A stretch of 64,000 nt of DNA. Source: an uncultured Bacilli bacterium. Its GTDB lineage: Bacteria > Bacillota_I > Bacilli_A > RF39 > UBA660. The first letter of the stretch is position 1; every line of letters starts with the position of its first letter. The stretch covers positions 3,842 to 67,841 of the forward strand of contig CANPVV010000002.1 in assembly GCA_947581835.1 (NCBI GenBank), read 5' to 3'. Position numbers and translations under genes: made by a program. The notes under the pieces were generated by a model. That model was given only the letters and a program-made list of their open reading frames with translations, made no database searches and had not been told where the DNA came from. Below are positions 19,507 to 29,248 of the stretch, one piece after another.

Positions 19507-21192
19507 ATGGATTACAAAGTGCTATATCGTAAATACCGTCCTACAGATTTTTCAAATATAATTGGCCAAGATTATATTGTATCCATTTTAAAAAATGCTA
19601 TATCTAAAAATAAAATTTCTCATGCCTATATTTTCTCTGGACCTCGTGGAACTGGTAAAACTAGTACAGCTAAAGTATTCGCTAAAGCTGTTAACTGCTT
19701 AGAACCAACCCCTCTAGGCCCCTGCCATAACTGCGAAAGCTGCTTAAATTTTAAAACCAATGCAGATATAATAGAAATAGATGCCGCCTCAAACAATGGT
19801 GTCGATGAAATTCGAGAAATAATAAACAATATCAAATTAGCCCCTGCTTATTCAAAATATAAGGTCTATATTATTGATGAGGTTCATATGCTTAGTACCA
19901 GTGCTTTTAATGCCCTCTTACTAACTTTAGAAGAGCCTCCTAAGCACGTTATTTTTATACTTGCTACGACTAATATTGAAGCTGTACCTATTACTATTTT
20001 ATCTCGTTGCCAACGCTTTGATTTTCATAAAATAACCACTAAAGATATTTTAAATCGCCTTAATTATATAGCATCCAATGAAAATATTGACATTGAACCT
20101 GAAGCTTTAGAGGAAATTGCCTACATTAGTGATGGTGGTATGCGTGATGCTTTAAGTATTTTAGACCAATTATCAAGTAATACCTCCAAAGTTACAATAA
20201 ATGACGTCATTTCCCACTTTGGTTCTGCCTCTAAAAAGCAAATTAACGATTTATTTAATAATATTTTAACCAACAATATCAGCAATTTTATTGATATGAT
20301 CAACAATTTTAAAAACTTATCTATTGATTATAAACTATTAATCCGAAAATTACTTGAAAAAATCGAAGAAGAAGCCATAAATTCTAAAAAAGATTCTAAT
20401 TATACCGGACTATCCTATGATTCTCTTCGCTCTATGGCATTTGAATTAGCAGATATTTCCAACTTTATCAACATTAATATTGACCCCTTTATTTTAATTG
20501 AAATAACTTTATTAAAATATTTTCCCGCCCAAAATGAAGAAACACTTTCCAAAACAAAAAATCTATCTTCTATAAATGATTCTAATACCACCCAAAACTC
20601 CCCTGTTACCACTCAATTAACCGAAAACTCTAAACCAACTTCTCCTCCTGTATCAACTAATGTTTCTAAAAATTTAGAAAAAGAAGAAGCCAAGCCTTCT
20701 AAACCCCATCAAGTTCGCCAACTAGATGAAAACTTAAAAGAACTAATCAAAATTCGCGTTAATAATTGCCTTTGTGAAGCCTCTAAAGAAAACCTTAAAA
20801 CTATCCAACCTCTATGGCAAAAATTTCTTACAAATTTACCAAATAAAACCTTGCTTAATCTCATAATTGATAGTAATATAGTAGTAGCGAGCCCAACTCT
20901 TGCTATAATAACTGATAATATCGAAGGAACCGTTACTTTAATTAATAAAAATTTAGATACTTTAAGTACCGAATTTAATAATTTTTCTAAGTTATCATAT
21001 AAGTTTGTCGCTCTAACAACTGAATCTTGGCAAGAAGAAAAAACAACTTATATTGCTAATCTGAAAAATAAAATAAGTTACACATTAATTCCCGAGCCAA
21101 CCATAGAAGAAACCCCACTAACTCCTGAAATTAATGAATTTGAAAAAACAGCTTATGAAATATTTGATCAAGATAAAATAGAAATTATTTAA
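19507..21192 (+). CDS. dnaX: DNA polymerase III subunit tau/gamma
   Basis: Walker A GPRGTGKTS. Zinc module CHNCESC. Box VYIIDEVHML. SRCQRF motif. ATG 19507 preferred over ORF-track GTG 19498 on RBS spacing. Confidence 0.9.
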   Translation: MDYKVLYRKYRPTDFSNIIGQDYIVSILKNAISKNKISHAYIFSGPRGTGKTSTAKVFAKAVNCLEPTPLGPCHNCESCLNFKTNADIIEIDAASNNGVDEIREIINNIKLAPAYSKYKVYIIDEVHMLSTSAFNALLLTLEEPPKHVIFILATTNIEAVPITILSRCQRFDFHKITTKDILNRLNYIASNENIDIEPEALEEIAYISDGGMRDALSILDQLSSNTSKVTINDVISHFGSASKKQINDLFNNILTNNISNFIDMINNFKNLSIDYKLLIRKLLEKIEEEAINSKKDSNYTGLSYDSLRSMAFELADISNFININIDPFILIEITLLKYFPAQNEETLSKTKNLSSINDSNTTQNSPVTTQLTENSKPTSPPVSTNVSKNLEKEEAKPSKPHQVRQLDENLKELIKIRVNNCLCEASKENLKTIQPLWQKFLTNLPNKTLLNLIIDSNIVVASPTLAIITDNIEGTVTLINKNLDTLSTEFNNFSKLSYKFVALTTESWQEEKTTYIANLKNKISYTLIPEPTIEETPLTPEINEFEKTAYEIFDQDKIEII

Positions 21193-21216
21193 AAATAAAG
21201 AAAGAAGGAAAATAAA

Positions 21217-21513
21217 ATGAATATGCAAAATTTACTTGCTCAAGCTCAAAGAGTTCAAAGAGAAATAAGTAAAAAGAAAGAAGCAATCGATAATACAACC
21301 TTTGAAGGTAAATCCGAATGGGTTACTGTAACTGTAAATGGCAAAAAGGAACTATTAGACATAAAAATAACTTATGCAAATTCTATTGAAGACGATGATA
21401 AAGAAGCCCTAGAAGATATGATAAAAATTGCCATCAATAAAGCTAATGCTGAAGTAGATAAAAAAGTAGATGCTGAAATGGGAGCCTATGGTAATTTAGG
21501 TGGCTTATTCTAA
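21217..21513 (+). CDS. ybaB: Nucleoid-associated protein YbaB/EbfC
   Basis: 98 aa. Conserved dnaX-ybaB-recR synteny. C-terminal GAYGNLGGLF. Confidence 0.8.
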   Translation: MNMQNLLAQAQRVQREISKKKEAIDNTTFEGKSEWVTVTVNGKKELLDIKITYANSIEDDDKEALEDMIKIAINKANAEVDKKVDAEMGAYGNLGGLF

Positions 21514-22115
21514 TGAATTATCCCCATGATTTAGAAAAATTAATAAGCTATTATAATAAGTTACCCGGAATTGGTGAAAAAAGTGCCGAACGTCTTGCCA
21601 TAGCCACTCTTGAATTTAAAGATGAAGAAATATCCGAATTTAGTGAAACTTTAAAAAATGCTAAAAAAAATCTAACGCGTTGTTCTATCTGTGGCCATTT
21701 AACTGATCAAGATATCTGTTCTATCTGTCAAGATGAAGTTCGCAATAAAAATGTTATCTGTGTTATTGAAGATTATAAAAGTGTTTTTGCTTTTGAAAAA
21801 TCCGGAAAATTCAATGGTACGTATCATGTTTTAAATGGCCTAATCTCTCCCATAGATGATATTGGTCCCGAAGATATTAATTTAGAAAGTTTAGTAAAAA
21901 GAGTTTCCAAGCTTGATAATCCCGAACTTATTTTAGCTCTAAAACCTACTGTCGAAGGAGAAGCAACCACTTTATATATTAAAAAAATCCTCGAAAATCA
22001 AAAAGTAACTATTTCTCGCTTAGCTTATGGTATCCCAATTGGTGCCGAAATTGATTATTTAGATAATATTACTTTAGAAAAAGCTCTTGAAGACCGTAAA
22101 AAAATATCTGAATAA
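21513..22115 (+). CDS. recR: Recombination protein RecR
   Basis: HhH KLPGIGEKSAERLA. C4 zinc finger CSICGHLTDQDICSIC. Toprim region. Confidence 0.9.
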   Translation: MNYPHDLEKLISYYNKLPGIGEKSAERLAIATLEFKDEEISEFSETLKNAKKNLTRCSICGHLTDQDICSICQDEVRNKNVICVIEDYKSVFAFEKSGKFNGTYHVLNGLISPIDDIGPEDINLESLVKRVSKLDNPELILALKPTVEGEATTLYIKKILENQKVTISRLAYGIPIGAEIDYLDNITLEKALEDRKKISE

Positions 22116-22142
22116 AAAAATGCCATTATCATATAATTTACT

Positions 22143-22337
22143 GTGATGAATATGGCCTCAAAAATATTAAAATTAGTAAAAAAATTATGTTTAGCCTTTG
22201 TAATGTTATATGGTTTAAATCTTATTTTAAATTCTGTTAATATTTTTATACCTATCAACATTATTTCTCTAATCTTAGTAACATTTCTAGGCGTACCAGG
22301 ATTATTTAGTCTAATTGCAATTTTTTTTCTAATTTAG
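22143..22337 (+). CDS. Small hydrophobic membrane protein (64 aa)
   Basis: ORF track. Two predicted TM helices. Position between recR and holB. Confidence 0.4.
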   Translation: MMNMASKILKLVKKLCLAFVMLYGLNLILNSVNIFIPINIISLILVTFLGVPGLFSLIAIFFLI

Positions 22338-22350
22338 TCCAGGTGATAAT

Positions 22351-23214
22351 ATGTTAGAAAATACCATTTTAAATGAATTATTAAATAAATATCGTGAGAA
22401 TAAATTAGCTCACGCTTATTTAATTGAAACTAACAATCTTGAAAAAGCTTTACTCGATTTAAAAGAACTAATAAAACATTTAAACTGTGAAAATTCCTAT
22501 GCCTCCCCCTGTACTAAATGTAATTTATGTAATCTAATTACTCTAAACAATTTACCCAGTTTAAAAATAATTGAACCAGATGGCCAAACTATTAAAAAAA
22601 ATCAAATAGAAGAATTAAAAACCGAATTCAGTACCATACCTATCTATAGTAAATTTAATATCTATATTCTTAAAAACGCTGAAAAATTAAATTCTAGCAG
22701 TGCTAATGCTATGCTTAAATTTGTTGAAGAGCCAACTCCTGGAATTTTAGGTTTTTTCTTAACTTCTAATAAAGATATTATGATTGATACAATAAAAAGT
22801 CGCTGTGAATTATACACTTTAACCTATCCTTCTGATTCTTTATGTACCACTCTAAATATTCCCCCTAATCTATATGCTGATTATTTAAAAATTATTCCTT
22901 CCTACCTAAGAGAAGTTTATTCTAATAAAATAATCAATCACAAAAAAACCATTTTAAATCTTTATCCTGAACGCAAAGACATTGAAAATATTTTCCAAAT
23001 AATTCTCCACCTCTATCATAATTATTTTTTAAAACTAATCAATAAAGAATATGATAATACACTAATAAATATCTATCCTTTAACCGAAAATCTAACTCAA
23101 ATCTCTCAAAAATTACAAATAATTACCCAAATTATAACCAATATGAGTTATAATATAAGTATCGAATTAATATTAGATAAATTTGTTTTAGAAATGCGAG
23201 GTTCTTATGAATAA
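22351..23214 (+). CDS. holB: DNA polymerase III delta' subunit
   Basis: N-terminal HAYLIE clamp-loader signature. CxxC zinc module. Conserved holB-yaaT synteny. Confidence 0.7.
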   Translation: MLENTILNELLNKYRENKLAHAYLIETNNLEKALLDLKELIKHLNCENSYASPCTKCNLCNLITLNNLPSLKIIEPDGQTIKKNQIEELKTEFSTIPIYSKFNIYILKNAEKLNSSSANAMLKFVEEPTPGILGFFLTSNKDIMIDTIKSRCELYTLTYPSDSLCTTLNIPPNLYADYLKIIPSYLREVYSNKIINHKKTILNLYPERKDIENIFQIILHLYHNYFLKLINKEYDNTLINIYPLTENLTQISQKLQIITQIITNMSYNISIELILDKFVLEMRGSYE

Positions 23215-24007
23215 TTATTATATATATGGAGTTAATTTTAAAGACAATGGTAAAATCTATAATTTTAAAAGTACTATTAAATGCCCTTTAAATGTTACAG
23301 TTATTACTGAAACTGAAAAAGGTGAACAATTTGGTAAAGTAGTAAGTATCTTAGATAACACCACTATTCCTAACATTGATGAATTAAAAGATATTATTCG
23401 CATTTCTACTAAAAATGATTACGACCAACACTTAAAAAATCTTCGTGATGCTGAAAAAGCCCTAAGAGATTGTCGTAGTTTAGTAAAAGAACTAAATTTA
23501 GACATGAAAGTTATCAATGCCAATTTTACTTTTGATCGCAAACAACTAATATTCAATTTTTTAGCCGATGAACGTATAGATTTTAGAGAACTAGCCAAAA
23601 AACTTGCTGCTATCTACCGTACCCGTATTGAACTTCGCCAAATTGGAGCACGTGATAAAGCCCGAGAAATTGGTGGAGTTGGTGCATGTGGTAAAAAAAT
23701 TTGCTGTGCTAGTTTTCTAAGTCATATTGATTCTGTTTCTATGAATATGGCCAAAAATCAAGGTTTAGCTTTAAATCCTTCCAAAATCAATGGTCTATGT
23801 GGTCGCCTTTTATGCTGTTTAACATATGAAGATGACGAATATATTAGATGCAGTGTTGGCCTCCCTGAAATTGGTGAAATAGTTGATACTCCGGAAGGAC
23901 GTGGCCCAGTTGTTAGTAAGGATACGCTTAAAAGAAGTTATAAAGTCTTAGTTAATAATGAAAAAATAGAAATAAATCTTGGAGAATGTCATGGTTGTCC
24001 TAAATGA
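23207..24007 (+). CDS. ricT: PSP1-domain protein RicT/YaaT (stage 0 sporulation protein YaaT family)
   Basis: PSP1 C-terminal Cys cluster GVGACGKKICCASFL...CGRLLCCLTYE. Directly downstream of holB. Confidence 0.75.
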   Translation: MNNYYIYGVNFKDNGKIYNFKSTIKCPLNVTVITETEKGEQFGKVVSILDNTTIPNIDELKDIIRISTKNDYDQHLKNLRDAEKALRDCRSLVKELNLDMKVINANFTFDRKQLIFNFLADERIDFRELAKKLAAIYRTRIELRQIGARDKAREIGGVGACGKKICCASFLSHIDSVSMNMAKNQGLALNPSKINGLCGRLLCCLTYEDDEYIRCSVGLPEIGEIVDTPEGRGPVVSKDTLKRSYKVLVNNEKIEINLGECHGCPK

Positions 24008-24695
24008 TTTATTTGATTATAACTTAAAAATCTATCAAGACACTTCAAAATTTAAGTTTTCTCTTGATTCTCTTCTTTTAAGTGAATATGTTGAAATTAA
24101 AAAAAGTGATAAATTGCTTTTAGATTTATGTTCTGGAAATGCCCCACTTCCTCTTATTCTGGCATCCAAAAATGATATCCATATTACTGGTGTTGAAATT
24201 CAACCTGAAGTTTTTAATCTAGCCCTTAAAAGTATTCAATATAACCAATTAACTTCTAAAATAAATCTTCTAAATATCAACGCCTTAGACCTCCCCAATT
24301 ATTTCCCGGGAAATAATTTTGACATAATCACCTGCAATCCTCCCTTTTTTAAAGTTACCGAAAAAAGCCTCTTAAATGCTGATTTAAGTAAAAGCTTATC
24401 TCGTCATGAACTAACCATAACTTTAGAAGATATTTTTAATCTAACCAAACTTTTATTAAAAGATAATGGCAAATTTTATTTAATTCACCGTCCTGAACGC
24501 TTAACGGAAATCTTAAATTTAGCTCAAAAAAACAATTTAGCCTTAAAAGAAATAGAGTTTATTTATTCTAAACCCGAAGAATGTGCTATAATGGTATTAT
24601 TAAAATTTGTTAAAAACGGCAAAACCGGAACCAAAGTTTATAGTAAAACAATTAATCGTGATACTAAAACATATCAAAATATTTTTAAAAAATAA
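23991..24695 (+). CDS. SAM-dependent methyltransferase, YabB/TrmN6-like (tRNA adenine-N6 MTase family)
   Basis: LLDLCSGNAPLPLIL (SAM motif I) and ITCNPPFF (N6-MTase NPPF/Y motif). ATG 23991 with RBS GGAG preferred over ORF-track TTG 23979. Confidence 0.7.
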   Translation: MVVLNDLFDYNLKIYQDTSKFKFSLDSLLLSEYVEIKKSDKLLLDLCSGNAPLPLILASKNDIHITGVEIQPEVFNLALKSIQYNQLTSKINLLNINALDLPNYFPGNNFDIITCNPPFFKVTEKSLLNADLSKSLSRHELTITLEDIFNLTKLLLKDNGKFYLIHRPERLTEILNLAQKNNLALKEIEFIYSKPEECAIMVLLKFVKNGKTGTKVYSKTINRDTKTYQNIFKK

Positions 24696-24708
24696 GAAGG
24701 TGTAAAAT

Positions 24709-25266
24709 ATGAAATTAATCGTAGGTTTAGGAAATCCTGGACCTGAATATACCAATACTCGTCACAATATTGGCTTTATGGTTTTAGATAATTATCTAAC
24801 TAATTCCAATTGGCAATCTAAATTCCAAGCTCTATACCAAACTAAAAGTATAAACAATGAAAAAATAATCTTTGTAAAACCTACAACATATATGAATTTA
24901 TCAGGAAATGCCGTTCAAGAATTTGTCCACTTTTATAAAATTTCTCCTGAAGATATCTTAATTATTCATGATGATTTAGACTTACCACTTGGGACTTATC
25001 GCCTAAAAACAAACAGTAGTGCCGGCGGCCACAATGGGATTAAATCAATAATCTCAAATTTACAAACAACTTCTTTTGCTCGCCTAAAAGTTGGTATCTC
25101 TAAAAATACTAACATTTCAACGAAAGACTATGTTTTAGGCCAATTTACACCTGAAGAATTAACCAAACTAAGCGAACTATATCCCACCTTTAATCATATA
25201 ATTGATGATTTTATTAAAAATACTGATATAAATAAATTAATGAATACTTACAATCATAATAAATGA
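24709..25266 (+). CDS. pth: Peptidyl-tRNA hydrolase
   Basis: MKLIVGLGNPGPEYTNTRHNIGF and GGHNGIKS motifs. Ends with a TGA stop. Confidence 0.9.
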   Translation: MKLIVGLGNPGPEYTNTRHNIGFMVLDNYLTNSNWQSKFQALYQTKSINNEKIIFVKPTTYMNLSGNAVQEFVHFYKISPEDILIIHDDLDLPLGTYRLKTNSSAGGHNGIKSIISNLQTTSFARLKVGISKNTNISTKDYVLGQFTPEELTKLSELYPTFNHIIDDFIKNTDINKLMNTYNHNK

Positions 25267-25275
25267 GGTTAAAAT

Positions 25276-28200
25276 ATGAATTTTTTAGATAAATACTTTA
25301 AATATGACAATAATTTAACTATAACCGGGCTAACTCCAACTTTAGCTCATTTTTACATATCTAAATTATTCACTGAAAAAGAAGAAAACATTATTGTCTT
25401 AACCTCCACCTTATATGAAGCTAATGAACTCTATCGTGGTATTAAAAACTTTCAAAATGCTACCTACCTTTTTCCTATGGACGACTTTCTAACCAGTGCC
25501 GCCTTAGCTATTTCTCCAGAACTAAAAACTAATCGTATTGAAACTCTTGAGGCAATAAAAAAAGAAAAAGGTATAATAATCACTAATCTTACAGGTTATC
25601 TAAAATTTTTAACTGATACCAATATTCAAAACAAACTTAATATTAAATTAGCTAAAAATACCAATATTAATCGTGATAAATTAATTGAAATCTTAAATGA
25701 ACTTGACTATAAACGTGATACCATTGTAACTTCCACTGGTGAATATGCTGTTCGTGGTTTTGTTATAGATATTTTTATTACTTTAAGTGAACACCCCATC
25801 CGAATTGAATTTTTTGGTAACACTATCGATTCTATTCGCACCTTTGATGAATCAACTCAAATGTCTATCGAAGAACTAAAAGAAGTAACAATTATCCCTA
25901 ATGGAGAAATTAAAAGTGAAAAAAAATCAAGTCTCTATGATTATGCTAAAAACCCCATCGTTGTTACTATCGATAATAATCGTCTTAAAGCTAGCTATCA
26001 AAAATTAGAAGAAGAAATGTTTGAATATCGTGTTGCCAAACAATTAGATTCTGATACTAAATTCATGTTTAGTATGTCTGATATTAATCCTAAATACAAC
26101 ATTTATCTAAATTTTTTAGATAATAAACCTGTCTCTTCTAATTCTCTTAACTTTTCTAGTAAAACCCTTACTAACTTTAATTCTGATTTTAAAAGATTAA
26201 ATGAAGCAACCAAAGTCTGGTATAATAAAGGCTATGAAATAATATTTTATTTACCTAAAAAAAATCAAATTAAAATTCTAAAAGAAGAATTAGAAGTCCC
26301 ATATAAAGTAATCGAAGAATCTCTTGCTCATGGTTTTATTTTTGATAAATATGTTGTTATTAGTGAATATGATATTGAAAATATTACTAAAACCGAAATA
26401 AAATATAAAAATTCCTACAAAATAGGTCGTAAAATTAAAGATTTAAATTCTCTAAATCCTGGAGATTATGTTGTTCATATGGCCCATGGTATCGGCATTT
26501 ATAATGGAATTAAAACTTTAACTCAAAATGGTTTAGAAAAAGATTATATAGAAATATTATTTGATGGTAATGATAAAGTATATGTTCCTGTTGAAAAAAT
26601 GAATACTATATTAAAATATGCCTCTCGTGATGGCTTAAAACCTAAAATAAGTAAATTAAATTCTACTTCTTGGGCTAAAACTAAAAGAAGTGTTGAAAAA
26701 CGTATCAAAGATATATCTCAAGAATTATTAAAATTATATGCTGAACGTATGGCTATCAAAAGTGATGCTTATAAAACTTTTGCTATGGAAGATGAATTTG
26801 CCTCTACTTTTCCATATATCCCTACTAAAGACCAAATAAAAGCTATAAATGAAATAGATAATGATTTAAAAAATAGTGTTCCTATGGATCGTCTTTTATG
26901 TGGCGATGTTGGCTTTGGTAAAACTGAAGTTGCTTTTAGAGCTATATTTAAAACTGTATTAAATAATAAACAAGTATTTTATCTATGTCCAACTACTATT
27001 CTATCTAAACAACAATATACCTCAGCTTTATCCAGATTTAAAGACTATCCTTTAAATATTGCTCTTTTAAATCGTTTTACTTCTCCTAAAGATACTAAAA
27101 AAATTATAGAAGGTTTAGAAAAAGGTACAATAGATATTGTCTTTGGAACTCACCGTCTTTTAAGTAATGACGTTAAATTTCAAAAATTAGGCCTCCTTAT
27201 CGTCGATGAAGAACAACGTTTTGGTGTAACTCATAAAGAAAAAATCAAAGAATTAAAAAATGACGTAAATGTTTTAACTTTATCTGCCACCCCAATTCCT
27301 CGAACTCTAAAAATGGCTATGTCTGGTCTAAGAGATTTATCAGTAATAGATACAGCCCCTACCAATCGTTATCCTATTCAAACTTATGTCTTAGAAGAAG
27401 AAGATTTAATCATAAAAGATGCCATATATAAAGAATTATCCCGTAATGGTCAAGTATTTGTTTTATATAATAATATTAATAATTTAGATAATATAGTCTT
27501 AAAGCTAAACAAACTAGTCCCTGAAGCTCGAATAATAAGTGCTCATGGTCGTATGACCAAACTTGAACTTGAAAATATTATGCAAGATTTTATTGATTAT
27601 AAATATGATATCCTAGTCTGTACTACCATTATTGAAACCGGTATTGATATTCCAAATGCTAACACTTTAATTATCTATAATGCTGATCATTTTGGTTTAT
27701 CTCAACTCTATCAAATACGTGGCCGAGTTGGTCGTTCTAATAAAATTGCTTATGCTTATCTATTATATAATAAAAGTAAAATATTAAACGACGTTGCTAT
27801 AAAACGTCTTGAAGCCATTAAAGAATTTACTGAACTTGGAAGCGGTTATCGTATTGCTATGCGTGATTTAGCCATTCGTGGTGCCGGTGATATTTTAGGT
27901 AGTGAACAAGCAGGTTTTGTGGATTCTATTGGTATTAATCTTTATATTGAAATGATAGAAGAAGAAATGAGAAGATTAAAAGGTGAAGTTGTAAAAGAAG
28001 ATACTAACCCAACCTCTCTCATAAATGTTTCCACCCATATAAGTGATGAATATGTAAAAGATGATGAAATAAAAATAGAAATTCATAATAAAATCAATGA
28101 AGTATCTAATGAAGAAAGCTTTGCAAAAATTAAAAATGAACTCGAAGATCGCTTTGGTAAAGTATCCGAAGATATGATAATTTATATGTATGAAGAATGG

Positions 28201-28464
28201 TTTGAAAAGTTAGCTAATACTTTAAATATCACCCGCGTAACTCAAACCAAAAGTTATGTTGAACTAAATCTCCCTGAAGAATTATCTAATAAACTCAAAG
28301 CTGATAAATTATTCTTAGAAAGTTATAACATTAATCCCAACTTAAAATTTAAATATCAAAATAAAATGATAAAAATATCTTTAATGTTAAAACAAAATGA
28401 TAAGCATTTCCTTTATACATTTGTCCCATTACTAGAATTAATTAAAAGTGAAATAAATTCCTAA
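25276..28464 (+). CDS. mfd: Transcription-repair coupling factor Mfd
   Basis: SF2 helicase motifs LLCGDVGFGKTEVA, DEEQRFG, TLSATPIPRT. TRG motif. Conserved pth-mfd synteny. Confidence 0.9.
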   Translation: MNFLDKYFKYDNNLTITGLTPTLAHFYISKLFTEKEENIIVLTSTLYEANELYRGIKNFQNATYLFPMDDFLTSAALAISPELKTNRIETLEAIKKEKGIIITNLTGYLKFLTDTNIQNKLNIKLAKNTNINRDKLIEILNELDYKRDTIVTSTGEYAVRGFVIDIFITLSEHPIRIEFFGNTIDSIRTFDESTQMSIEELKEVTIIPNGEIKSEKKSSLYDYAKNPIVVTIDNNRLKASYQKLEEEMFEYRVAKQLDSDTKFMFSMSDINPKYNIYLNFLDNKPVSSNSLNFSSKTLTNFNSDFKRLNEATKVWYNKGYEIIFYLPKKNQIKILKEELEVPYKVIEESLAHGFIFDKYVVISEYDIENITKTEIKYKNSYKIGRKIKDLNSLNPGDYVVHMAHGIGIYNGIKTLTQNGLEKDYIEILFDGNDKVYVPVEKMNTILKYASRDGLKPKISKLNSTSWAKTKRSVEKRIKDISQELLKLYAERMAIKSDAYKTFAMEDEFASTFPYIPTKDQIKAINEIDNDLKNSVPMDRLLCGDVGFGKTEVAFRAIFKTVLNNKQVFYLCPTTILSKQQYTSALSRFKDYPLNIALLNRFTSPKDTKKIIEGLEKGTIDIVFGTHRLLSNDVKFQKLGLLIVDEEQRFGVTHKEKIKELKNDVNVLTLSATPIPRTLKMAMSGLRDLSVIDTAPTNRYPIQTYVLEEEDLIIKDAIYKELSRNGQVFVLYNNINNLDNIVLKLNKLVPEARIISAHGRMTKLELENIMQDFIDYKYDILVCTTIIETGIDIPNANTLIIYNADHFGLSQLYQIRGRVGRSNKIAYAYLLYNKSKILNDVAIKRLEAIKEFTELGSGYRIAMRDLAIRGAGDILGSEQAGFVDSIGINLYIEMIEEEMRRLKGEVVKEDTNPTSLINVSTHISDEYVKDDEIKIEIHNKINEVSNEESFAKIKNELEDRFGKVSEDMIIYMYEEWFEKLANTLNITRVTQTKSYVELNLPEELSNKLKADKLFLESYNINPNLKFKYQNKMIKISLMLKQNDKHFLYTFVPLLELIKSEINS

Positions 28465-28465
28465 C

Positions 28466-28495
28466 TAAAACCACGTCTAAAGGCGTGGTTAATTG
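28466..28495. terminator. Bidirectional stem-loop between convergent mfd and the 28518..28889 gene
   Basis: AACCACGTCTAAAGGCGTGGTT imperfect hairpin with flanking T/A runs. Confidence 0.5.
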
Positions 28496-28517
28496 TTTAA
28501 TAAAAATCTTTTTCTAA

Positions 28518-28889
28518 TTATCTAATAAATGCTGGAATATCATTATTAATTTCTCTAACCTGATAAGTATCTCTATCTAAAATAAATTGTAAATAATTTT
28601 TCTTACTTTTAACAAATACTCTTATTGTATCTTTATCTCCATTTAATACATTAATAAATTCATAATTATCATCTTGCAAATAACTTCCAATAATATCTCT
28701 TGTCTTTTTATCATAATCACTCTTAATCATTCCATAGCAGGCCATATTATAACCCAATAAAACAAGCACAATACTTCCAACTACAATCAATATTTTATTT
28801 TTCATAAATCCATTCCTAACTATTTTTAGTATATCATATTTTTTCCTAATAATAAATATATATGTAATATTTAGTACTTGACAAAACAC
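28518..28889 (-). CDS. Hypothetical membrane-anchored protein (123 aa)
   Basis: ORF track. One TM near the N-terminus. Confidence 0.4.
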   Translation of the reverse strand: MFCQVLNITYIFIIRKKYDILKIVRNGFMKNKILIVVGSIVLVLLGYNMACYGMIKSDYDKKTRDIIGSYLQDDNYEFINVLNGDKDTIRVFVKSKKNYLQFILDRDTYQVREINNDIPAFIR

Positions 28890-28924
28890 AGTACTAGCTA
28901 TATTATTAAAAAGAGAGGTGAAAC

Positions 28925-29248
28925 ATGAATACCCAATATAAAAAAGGTGTTTTAGAATTATTAATTTTAATTATGCTTGAAAAAAAAGACATGTATGGCT
29001 ATGAATTAGTTGCCTCTGTAAGCAAAATAGTTAATGTTAATGAAGGAACTATATATCCTATTTTAAAACGACTAACCAATGAAAATTACTTTGAAACTTA
29101 TACCCAAGAATCAACTGAAGGTCCTATTCGCAAATACTATCATTTAACCTCCTCTGGTAAACTTGTAAAAACCAAAAAACTAAAAGAATGGAAAGAGTTT
29201 TCCCAAAGTGTTAATGAATTTATAGAAAAGAGTGATATAAATGAATAA
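28925..29248 (+). CDS. PadR-family transcriptional regulator
   Basis: LELLILIMLEKKDMYGYEL...EGTIYPILKRL winged-HTH PadR signature. Confidence 0.8.
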   Translation: MNTQYKKGVLELLILIMLEKKDMYGYELVASVSKIVNVNEGTIYPILKRLTNENYFETYTQESTEGPIRKYYHLTSSGKLVKTKKLKEWKEFSQSVNEFIEKSDINE